A stretch of 64,000 bases of DNA from assembly GCA_964450385.1 (NCBI GenBank), contig CAYVEC010000001.1, positions 26,957-90,956 on the forward strand, read 5' to 3'. Below, piece after piece: positions 30,293 to 37,553 of the stretch (position 1 is its first letter; every line of letters starts with the position of its first letter). The position numbers and the translations under genes are program-made. The notes under the pieces are model-generated. The model worked only from the letters and a program-made list of their open reading frames with translations, was not told where the DNA came from and ran no database searches. The stretch is from an uncultured Planctomycetales bacterium (GTDB lineage Bacteria > Omnitrophota > Gorgyraeia > Zapsychrales > JANLHA01).

Positions 30293-32920
30293 ATGAAACA
30301 TCTCTTTTTCTTCAGTTGTCTCCTTCTGGCACATGGCATGTTCCTGACCGAGGTCGCTGCGGCCGCGCGTGTCCGCACGGCTTTGTCCCCGGTCTCTGGT
30401 GCGATGGAGCTTCAGACCGACGGGGATGGCGATGGGGTCTACGCCTCTTATGTAGTGAAGGGGGTCGGTTATAGCCCGGTACCGATCGGGCGGAGCGGGT
30501 TTCAGTGGGGGGTGACGAACATCTTTGATGACCCGTTGATTCTCGAGCGCGACTTTCAGGTGATCGCCGACATGGGCGCGAACACGATCCGCATCTGGAA
30601 GGCGAACGCCACCAATACGTCGCAGAATGAGTTCCCTAATTTTATGACCGAGCGGACCCTGACCATGGCCGATGAGTACGGGCTGAAGGTGATCCCCGGG
30701 TTTTGGATCGCTGTCGAGGGGTATTGGCAGTGCGGCCTCAATGGGAGGGAATTTGTCTGGGATCAGTCGTTCTTCGATCTCGCGGGCCGACAGGTCTGGC
30801 CTGAGGTGCGCGCGGACATCCTCGAGCGCTGGCGCGCTTTTATTCTCGAATTCCGAGATCATCCCGCCGTGCTCTTTTGGGCGATCGGCAATGAAAATAA
30901 TTATCACATCGGGCACGATCCGCTCATCCTTGAGGACTTCTATCGGTTGATCAATGAGATGGCGGAATTGGCCCATACACTCGACGATCGGCCTGTCGCT
31001 TTTGTGAATGGCGACATTGTGGTCACAGCCGATGTCGTGGACCCGGCGGGGGGGACCGCTGGAGAGATCGACCTGTTCCCGCAGATCGTCCGTGAGACGG
31101 CCGCTGCCGTTGATATTTGGGGGGTCAATGCCTATCGCGGCAAATCATTTGGGGACCTCTTTAGCGATTTTCACGCGATCTCCGGAGGGACAAAGCCCTT
31201 ATGGGTCGCGGAATATGGGATTGATGCCTGGCATAGCGATCCCGCGGATGCGGAAGGGGGACGCGAGGACCAGGACCGTCATGCGGAATGGATCACGGCC
31301 CAGTGGCAGGAGATCGCCGGCGCCTCGTCCCTGGGGGTCATCGGCGCGACCATCATGTCGTATTCGGATGAATGGTGGAAGCCCGACGCATGGTTGTGTA
31401 AAAAAGAAGGCTGGGAGCAATGGTGGCGTCCCTACTGGATGCTCTTGGGCGGTGGTGTCAAGGACCAATGCGGCGTCTTTAACACGACCCATGACCTCTA
31501 CGGGTTCGGTCCCACGGATGATAATTGTGACGGGATCATTGATACCGAGGACGATTGGATTCCGTCGGCACCGGATCAATTTTTTAATGAGGAATGGTGG
31601 GGATTGGTATCGGTTCATCCGGGTTTTCTTCCAGGCTTCCCTGATGTCGTCATGCCCCGGAAGGCGTATTATGCCTTGCGGCATGGATTTTCGGGTCAGG
31701 CGAATAAGGCGCCGGTCATTGAACAGGTCCCGCAACGCACGGCCGCCCCTGGGGAGTTGGTGGTCGTCGCGATCACGGCCCGTGATCCGGATAATGATCC
31801 GGTATCGTTTTCGGCACGGCTCGCGACGGGGGAGGGGATTGAGACGATCGGGGCCGTCCTCGTTGACCAGGGGGAGGGGCAGGCGGAATTCCGCTGGACC
31901 CCGGAGGCCCGCCATGTCGGGACGACCCGTGTCGTGGTCTCGGTCCACGATGTTTTGGGATTGACGGCGGAGACGGTGATCACGATCGTGGTTGGGCTGC
32001 CGCCGAAGATCATCTCGGTGACGCCTCTCGACGCTGAAGCGGGTGATGTGATAACGATCACGGGGCAGTATTTTGGCGCCTATCAGGCGGGTAGCCGTTA
32101 TGATCCGCCCGTTGATTTTAACGCCGATGGGGTCATTGACGCCGGGGACTCGGCGATCTTCATGAACGCCTACGGGACGGTTGAGGGGTCGAGCCGTTTT
32201 AATCCCGCGGTCGACCTGAACCGGGACGGTCGGGTCTCGGTCAATGATTTTTATATTTTCGGGGCAGCCTATCAGGCCCGGGCCGGCCGGGATTTCGTTG
32301 AGTTTTCAGACGGCCGTTTCGCCCGTATTAAAGAGTGGCGTGATGACCGGATCATCTGCGAGATCCCCACGGGCGCGCGTTCAGGGAATCTTCGGGTCCG
32401 GACCGAGAGCGGGTCAAGTAACGGGGTTGCATTCACCGTCGGGTCAGCGGCCTCGAGGATTCAGGTCGTTTCGTTAACACCGGGTCTGGCCTCGGCGATG
32501 ACACGGGTCACGATCGAGGGGCGCGGATTCGGGTCGTTCCAGGGGAGCTATCGGTACACGAGCAGTTATGATCTTAATCGGGACACGATGATTAACACGA
32601 CGGACATGGCCCTTTTTATGAGTCATTATAAGTCACGCCGTGGGGAACCGCGGTATAGTGACGAGGTCGACTATGATGTCGACGGGGATGTCGATGTTCA
32701 GGACTTCTTTATTTTCGGCCAGGGCGCGAACGCGGCGCGCGGATCCGCCTATGTTGTCTTAGGGGGTCTCTGGCCGCGGGTCGTCTCCTGGACCTGGGAG
32801 AAGATCGTCGTTGAGGTGCCATTCAACGCCTTTCGGCTTCTCGGGGCAGGGCCCATTCCGGTCTCGATCGTGACCCCTTCGGGATCAGCCGATGCCGGTC
32901 AGATCCGCCTTCAGCAATAA
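30293..32920 (+). CDS. Secreted multidomain glycoside hydrolase (clan GH-A TIM barrel, GH2/GH5-like) with IPT/TIG domains and two dockerin-like modules
   Basis: Signal peptide MKHLFFFSCLLLAHGMFLTEVAAA. Catalytic-region motifs ANTIRIW and WAIGNENNY (NE acid/base). IPT-like segments (PKIISVTPLDAEAGDVITITGQYFG, IQVVSLTPGLASAMTRVTIEGRGFG). Two paired Ca-binding dockerin repeats (DFNADGVIDAGDSAIF / DLNRDGRVSVNDFYIFG; DLNRDTMINTTDMALFM / DYDVDGDVDVQDFFIFG). Confidence 0.6.
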   Translation: MKHLFFFSCLLLAHGMFLTEVAAAARVRTALSPVSGAMELQTDGDGDGVYASYVVKGVGYSPVPIGRSGFQWGVTNIFDDPLILERDFQVIADMGANTIRIWKANATNTSQNEFPNFMTERTLTMADEYGLKVIPGFWIAVEGYWQCGLNGREFVWDQSFFDLAGRQVWPEVRADILERWRAFILEFRDHPAVLFWAIGNENNYHIGHDPLILEDFYRLINEMAELAHTLDDRPVAFVNGDIVVTADVVDPAGGTAGEIDLFPQIVRETAAAVDIWGVNAYRGKSFGDLFSDFHAISGGTKPLWVAEYGIDAWHSDPADAEGGREDQDRHAEWITAQWQEIAGASSLGVIGATIMSYSDEWWKPDAWLCKKEGWEQWWRPYWMLLGGGVKDQCGVFNTTHDLYGFGPTDDNCDGIIDTEDDWIPSAPDQFFNEEWWGLVSVHPGFLPGFPDVVMPRKAYYALRHGFSGQANKAPVIEQVPQRTAAPGELVVVAITARDPDNDPVSFSARLATGEGIETIGAVLVDQGEGQAEFRWTPEARHVGTTRVVVSVHDVLGLTAETVITIVVGLPPKIISVTPLDAEAGDVITITGQYFGAYQAGSRYDPPVDFNADGVIDAGDSAIFMNAYGTVEGSSRFNPAVDLNRDGRVSVNDFYIFGAAYQARAGRDFVEFSDGRFARIKEWRDDRIICEIPTGARSGNLRVRTESGSSNGVAFTVGSAASRIQVVSLTPGLASAMTRVTIEGRGFGSFQGSYRYTSSYDLNRDTMINTTDMALFMSHYKSRRGEPRYSDEVDYDVDGDVDVQDFFIFGQGANAARGSAYVVLGGLWPRVVSWTWEKIVVEVPFNAFRLLGAGPIPVSIVTPSGSADAGQIRLQQ

Positions 32921-33161
32921 AATTTCTCCAACTCGAATTTCCTCTTGGCCTTCTGGCGATCCTCGACTCGTGGCGGATTTGTTTTAAAATTTTTATCGAT
33001 CAGTCCTTCCAACGGCTGTCTCCTGATCGTCTTTTCTCGTCGACAAATCTGTTTTATTCTATTCTGAGGAAGCGCTTTCCCCGAATGTCTCCTCCTGCCT
33101 TGTCGCACGGGGCATGGATGGTATACTTGCACTAACTAACGAGGGAGATGGGGGGGGTGTC

Positions 33162-33515
33162 ATGAAACGTGTTATCTTTCGCCACAAACTATCACCCGCA
33201 CATAGACGGAAACTCGTGTCGATCCATGAGACGAATTCTGACAAGCAAGTCACCACGCGCATCCGGAAGAGTTTTCTCTATCAGCTTGAGATCGTCCGCG
33301 ATGGAAATACCGCGGAACAGGACCCGGAGATGTTCATCCATAAGCAGGTCGACAGCGCGAGAAAATATGAGGAGTTTTGGTTCCGGACCAAGGGAAGCTT
33401 TTGCCTTGTTTCGGGCGAGGATGTTGTCCGTGTCCATTTTAGTCATTCCCTGCGGATTGAGATGCAGTGGAGACAGAAGGCTTTCTCCCCCAAAAAGTCA
33501 GTTACACTGACTTAG
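33162..33515 (+). CDS. Small hypothetical protein in a lower-GC islet
   Basis: 117 aa ORF (MKRVIFRHKLSPAHRRKL...). Local GC is about 50% against about 60% in the flanks. Followed by a strong terminator. No recognisable family. Confidence 0.3.
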   Translation: MKRVIFRHKLSPAHRRKLVSIHETNSDKQVTTRIRKSFLYQLEIVRDGNTAEQDPEMFIHKQVDSARKYEEFWFRTKGSFCLVSGEDVVRVHFSHSLRIEMQWRQKAFSPKKSVTLT

Positions 33516-33542
33516 GCTACGTGAGTAACATCACCAGCCACC

Positions 33543-33578
33543 CTGGTGGGGCGATTTTCCGCCCCACCAGTTTTTTTT
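33543..33578 (+). terminator. Rho-independent terminator
   Basis: CTGGTGGGGCG-ATTTTC-CGCCCCACCAG perfect 11 bp stem followed by TTTTTTTT. Confidence 0.7.
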
Positions 33579-33669
33579 GGCCCCCCGGTGCCCTTGCCTG
33601 GTGAAAAAACCATCTCACTTTATTTTTGTCTATGTTACAATATCTCTACGTTAACGAGGAGCGTGAGGC

Positions 33670-34713
33670 ATGAGCGTGAAGATCTTATTTTTCGATACCA
33701 AGCCGTATGATCAGCAGTTTTTTGATCTCGCGAATCAGCATTATGGTTTTGAGATCAAGTATATGGCGGGGCGGTTAAATCAGGACACGGCGGTGTTCGC
33801 GAAAGGATTTCCTGCCGTGTGCGCCTTTGTCAATGATGTGATTGACGGTCCGACGCTGGATGCCCTGGCGGCATCAGGTGTCCGTCTGATCGCCCTCCGC
33901 TGCGCCGGATATAATAATGTCGATCTGAAGAAGGCCTATGGCCGGATCCATGTTGTGCGTGTTCCTGGCTACTCGCCGCACGCCGTCGCCGAACATGCCG
34001 TCGCCTTGATGATGACTCTGAATCGCAAGACGCATCGCGCCTATAATCGCACCCGGGAAGGGAATTTTTCCATTCAGGGTCTGCTCGGACAGGATCTCTT
34101 CGGCAAGACCGCTGGGATCATCGGCACGGGTAAGATCGGCCGGTGCATGATCTCGATCTTAAAAGGTTTTGGAATGCGGGTCTTGGCCTATGACCGGTTT
34201 CCCGACGCTGCCTATGCCGCTTCCGAGGGCATCGAATATGTTGAACTCCCCGGCCTGTATCGTTACAGTGACGTCATCTCGCTCCACTGCCCCTTGATCC
34301 CTGAGACGCACCATCTGATCAATCGCGAGACGATCCGGCAGATGAAGGAAGGGGTGGTGATCATCAATACCGGGCGCGGCGGGCTCGTGAACACCCGGGA
34401 TCTCATTGAGGGTCTGAAATCCCGGAAGATCGGGGCCGCTGGATTGGATGTTTATGAAGAGGAAGGGGATTATTTTTTTGAGGATTTCTCGGCCGGGGTG
34501 ATCGATGACGATATCCTCGCGCGTCTCATGACCTTCCCGAATGTCCTGATCACGTCGCACCAGGGTTTTTTTACCCAGGAGGCCCTTGCCAATATTGCCC
34601 AAACCACATTGGAAAATATCAAGGTTTTCGCCGGAGAGAACATCCTGAATCATGAGATTTGCTATCGCTGTGATGGAGAGTGCACGAAGAAAACATCTGG
34701 CCGATGTTTTTGA
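33670..34713 (+). CDS. ldhA: D-isomer-specific 2-hydroxyacid dehydrogenase (D-lactate dehydrogenase-like) with a Cys-rich C-terminal tail
   Basis: MSVKILFFDTKPYDQQFF start. NAD-binding GIIGTGKIGR. Catalytic R/E/H region (NTGRGGLVNTRDLIEGL...SHQGFFT). C-terminal CYRCDGECTKKTSGRCF. Confidence 0.75.
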   Translation: MSVKILFFDTKPYDQQFFDLANQHYGFEIKYMAGRLNQDTAVFAKGFPAVCAFVNDVIDGPTLDALAASGVRLIALRCAGYNNVDLKKAYGRIHVVRVPGYSPHAVAEHAVALMMTLNRKTHRAYNRTREGNFSIQGLLGQDLFGKTAGIIGTGKIGRCMISILKGFGMRVLAYDRFPDAAYAASEGIEYVELPGLYRYSDVISLHCPLIPETHHLINRETIRQMKEGVVIINTGRGGLVNTRDLIEGLKSRKIGAAGLDVYEEEGDYFFEDFSAGVIDDDILARLMTFPNVLITSHQGFFTQEALANIAQTTLENIKVFAGENILNHEICYRCDGECTKKTSGRCF

Positions 34714-34972
34714 CCTCGACGGGATAAGGCCCTTTGGATGGTCCGGAAGACCGCGGTGAAATAATTTTAAAAGAACACTATACTCGGCACACCGGTATGT
34801 TAGAATAAATCCGCTTTCAGGAACGAGAGGGTGGTGGGTGCGTACGGTAGGGCTGTCACGAAAGATTATTTTCTATTATGGCAGGCAAGCGTAGTGACGA
34901 GTCCGGATGCCCAGTCGGGGAGGGCGCCCTCAGGGATCATTTATGTGGGAACCATGTTACAAAGGAGGATGC

Positions 34973-35456
34973 GGTGCTGAAAAAGTTTTTAATCGTGGCG
35001 GGTGTGGCGGTCATGGCGTCGGGATGCGCGACCACGCAGGCGACACAGAACGAGACGATGGTGACTCAGCTTCAATTTCGTGTCGGTGATCTCGAGCGGA
35101 AACTTGAGAATCGGGAAGAGCAGATCAAGGAATTGTCGTATCAGGTCAAGGATCTTACTTTTGAAGTCTCGCGCTTGAAGGATTCTTCGAAACGAACGAG
35201 CATGGTCCGGACAACGACGTCAGCGAAGACGACATCGTCGGGTGCCGAGGATGACCGGATCATCCGTGTCGAGGCGAGTGAAAAGGATGTCCAGACCGCC
35301 CTCAAGAACGCGGGATATTATACGGGAACGATTGATGGCCGGATCGGATCGGGGACAAAGAGCGCGATCGTGCAGTTCCAGACCGACAATAATTTAAAGG
35401 CTGATGGGATCATCGGCGGACAGACCTGGACCGAACTGAAGAAGTTCTTGCGATAA
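34973..35456 (+). CDS. Lipoprotein with coiled-coil region and C-terminal peptidoglycan-binding (PG_binding_1) domain
   Basis: Lipobox VMASGCATTQ. Heptad coiled coil. C-terminal LKNAGYYTGTIDGRIGSGTKSAIVQFQTDNNLKADGIIGGQTWTEL. Start GTG 34973 assumed. Confidence 0.55.
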
Positions 35457-35466
35457 CGGTTCCGTT

Positions 35467-36087
35467 TTATGAGCGGGCGATCAGAATGCCCGTCGGCTGG
35501 TAGCGCCGTTTGTGGTTCCAGAGCGGATCATTAACGCGGATTTCACGGCAGTGGGTCAATGATGTCGTGGCCATAAGCATGCGGGCGAGTTCCTTAACGG
35601 ACCTCGCCCCTGTTTTTATCATGCGTTGATTATCAAAGATCACAATGACCCCGTTGTCCTCAATGGCGCAGATGATGTGTGCCTCGTCATGATCGGATAA
35701 GAGAAGGAGCCGCGGGGTGAACCCGAGGACCTTGAGGGCCCGGGCGGCTAGGATCGCAAGGTCCTCACAGTCACCATAGCCGTGACGCAGGGTTTCGATG
35801 GGATCGTTCCAGATATCCGCCTCAGGGTCTTGGCGATAGGTCAGGTTGGAGGCCATCCATGCCGCGAAATCATCGAGCGTTGAGATTCGACGGGTCCGGA
35901 GGAATGAGGCGATGTGACTGTCGGTGAGGTCGGCCCCCGCGGTAAGGACGCCTTGGTTGGCAGTGACGGTGTGTTAGATCTGATAAGGGGTGGAGGGGGT
36001 GGAGGGGTTGGAGAAACTCGGGGTGGCGGCTAGCGCCTCGATGAGGAAAACGCCGAGACAGATTGAGGGTCGTGATATCTTCTTCAT
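35467..36087 (-). pseudogene. BTLCP-family (bacterial transglutaminase-like cysteine proteinase) gene whose signal-peptide exon is separated from the catalytic domain by a single in-frame TAA (35974-35976). Alternatively it is an intact, non-secreted CDS at 35467..35856.
   Basis: Catalytic domain with the GYGDCEDLAI Cys motif, HIICAIEDNGVIVIFDNQ His region and ILIAR-proximal Asp-like C-terminus. Upstream and in frame lies MKKISRPSICLGVFLIEALAATPSFSNPSTPSTPYQI-(TAA)-HTVTANQGVLTAGADL..., bearing a signal peptide. Confidence 0.5.
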
Positions 36088-36145
36088 GCCTTTTGGGTGC
36101 CATGCCCACGGCAGAGGTATTGTATATTAAACGAGGAGAAAGTCC

Positions 36146-36784
36146 ATGGAATATCCGGAACACCGAATGACTCGGCCCGACCAGGGAACGGGTGCTGCCC
36201 TCCGAGGCCTGATCGTTGACCACTGTAAGACTTTTAAGACGGCCTGGCTGAAATTAGGACAGACCCTGTATCCGGTCTGGAAGGACAAGATGTTTTATGC
36301 CTGGGGGTTTGAGAAATTTGAATATTATGCCCGTGAGGAGTTAGGGCTGAAGAAGGAGGTCGCGCTTCGGCTTTTAAAAACGTATTTTTTCATCGAGCAG
36401 CGTGAGCCGGCCTATCTGGATGAGGGGTTTGCCGGTGGGCGTGAGGCTGTCCGAGTCCCTGGCTGCGATGAGATCAATGTCTTGCGCCTGGCCAGTGCGA
36501 AGCGAGAGCTTAAGCGTGAGGATTATCAGAAACTTAAAAAGGCGGTTTTTGAGCAGGGCCGTGATGCGAGTCTCGTTCGAAAAGATCTCGTGGCCCTGAT
36601 GCGGGAACGCAAGGAGATCGATCCCGATGAGGAACGCCAGGAGCGCTGTGAGGCGGCGGTCCGGCGCCTCGCGACCGCGTTAAAGACGTTTTCGAGAGAC
36701 ATGGAGGCGCTGAAACTGGCCTCGCCCGAGCTCCTCGAGGACGCGAAGGCTCTTCTTCAGAAATTGGGTGATAAAGAAGAATAA
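36146..36784 (+). CDS. Hypothetical protein encoded immediately upstream of lexA (possible SOS-associated gene)
   Basis: 212 aa, with charged and aromatic residues (KDKMFYAWGFEKFEYYAREELGLKKEVALRLLKTYFFIEQREP). SD GAGGAGAAAG. No family recognised. Confidence 0.5.
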   Translation: MEYPEHRMTRPDQGTGAALRGLIVDHCKTFKTAWLKLGQTLYPVWKDKMFYAWGFEKFEYYAREELGLKKEVALRLLKTYFFIEQREPAYLDEGFAGGREAVRVPGCDEINVLRLASAKRELKREDYQKLKKAVFEQGRDASLVRKDLVALMRERKEIDPDEERQERCEAAVRRLATALKTFSRDMEALKLASPELLEDAKALLQKLGDKEE

Positions 36785-36787
36785 TTC

Positions 36788-36817
36788 TTGACATACCGCA
36801 CGTATGAGTGGTAATGT
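36788..36817 (+). promoter_or_regulatory. Putative lexA promoter with an imperfect palindrome in the spacer (candidate SOS operator); lexA may be leaderless
   Basis: TTGACA-18 bp-TAATGT. Spacer contains TACCGCACGT/ATGAGTGGTA, an imperfect inverted repeat with 7 of 10 matches. The -10 ends 6 nt before the lexA ATG and there is no SD. Confidence 0.35.
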
Positions 36818-36823
36818 ATCTCC

Positions 36824-37426
36824 ATGGAAAAAGAGACCCAACTAACAGACAAACAACGCAGTGTTCTCAAGTTCATCTATCAAAAGGTGAAGACGGTCAA
36901 TATGCCGCCGACCTTACGGGAGATCGCGGAGCATTTCGGTTTTTCATCGACCGCGACGGTGCGGGACCATCTTCAGGCCTTGGCCCATAAAGGATATATC
37001 CGGTTGGCGGAAGGCCGGGCCCGGGCGATTGAGCTTGTGCGGAAAGAGCTCTTTTCTGTGCCGATCCTCGGGCGCGTCCATGCCGGGCTGCCCTCGATGG
37101 CGGTTGAAGAGATCGAGGGGTATCTTGATCTTGACAGTCTCGTCTTTTCTGATGAAGGCACGTTCGCCCTGAAGGTGAAGGGCGACAGTATGATTGATGC
37201 AGGGATCCTTGAGGAGGACCTTGTCCTTGTCCGGCGTCAGAAGAGCGCCCAGACCGGAGATATTGTGGTCGCCTTGGTCGGAACCGATGAGACAACGGTT
37301 AAGTACCTCACCAAGCGGCCGCATGGCTTTGTTCTCGAACCTGCCAATCCTCGGTACCAGCCGATTCCCGTCAATGAAGATGTCTCGATTGTCGGCCGGG
37401 TCATCAGCGTGATCCGCCGGGTGTGA
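36824..37426 (+). CDS. lexA: LexA repressor (SOS regulon)
   Basis: N-terminal winged HTH (LTDKQRSVLKFIYQKVKTVNMPPTLREIAEHFGFSSTATVRDHLQALAHKGYI). Cleavage-site region. S24 peptidase Ser/Lys dyad (VKGDSMIDAGI, KRPHG). Confidence 0.9.
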   Translation: MEKETQLTDKQRSVLKFIYQKVKTVNMPPTLREIAEHFGFSSTATVRDHLQALAHKGYIRLAEGRARAIELVRKELFSVPILGRVHAGLPSMAVEEIEGYLDLDSLVFSDEGTFALKVKGDSMIDAGILEEDLVLVRRQKSAQTGDIVVALVGTDETTVKYLTKRPHGFVLEPANPRYQPIPVNEDVSIVGRVISVIRRV

Positions 37427-37553
37427 TCTTTTTTCTGCCGTTTTTTCTGCCGTGAGGTAAAAAGTCCCGGAGGGCCCTTCGTGGAGAGGGCACGCCGCCC
37501 AGTTTTTTTCTTTCCTCCTTTCGGTTTTTCGAGCGTGATGTTATAATGCGCCC

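Noticed and set aside
34714-34760. GGTCCGGAAGA motif resembling the SRP (4.5S) RNA domain IV GGUCCGGAAGGAAGCAGC
   Set aside because: Only the GGAA tetraloop context matches. The flanking AGCAGC / CAGG pairing partners and the rest of the helix are absent. It is probably a chance similarity in the ldhA 3' UTR.
35974-35976. Possibility that TAA is recoded as a sense codon in this organism (explaining the in-frame stop in the BTLCP gene)
   Set aside because: TAA terminates several confidently called genes in the same window (glgC at 2831-2833, pckA, acpP region). Global reassignment is therefore unlikely. Pseudogenisation, sequencing error or local readthrough are more plausible.
35870-36223. 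117-aa minus-strand ORF (MVNDQASEGS...) upstream of the BTLCP domain
   Set aside because: It is in a different frame from both the signal-peptide ORF and the catalytic domain. It is a low-complexity His/Pro/Arg-rich translation and overlaps the divergent 36146 gene start. It was judged spurious.
36788-36817. Canonical LexA boxes (CTGT-N8-ACAG, GAAC-N4-GTTC, GTTC-N7-GTTC, TGTTC-N4-GAACA) upstream of lexA, uvrD and the 36146 gene
   Set aside because: None of the described SOS-box consensus sequences is present. Only a lineage-unassigned imperfect palindrome in the lexA promoter spacer was found, and it is reported as a low-confidence candidate.
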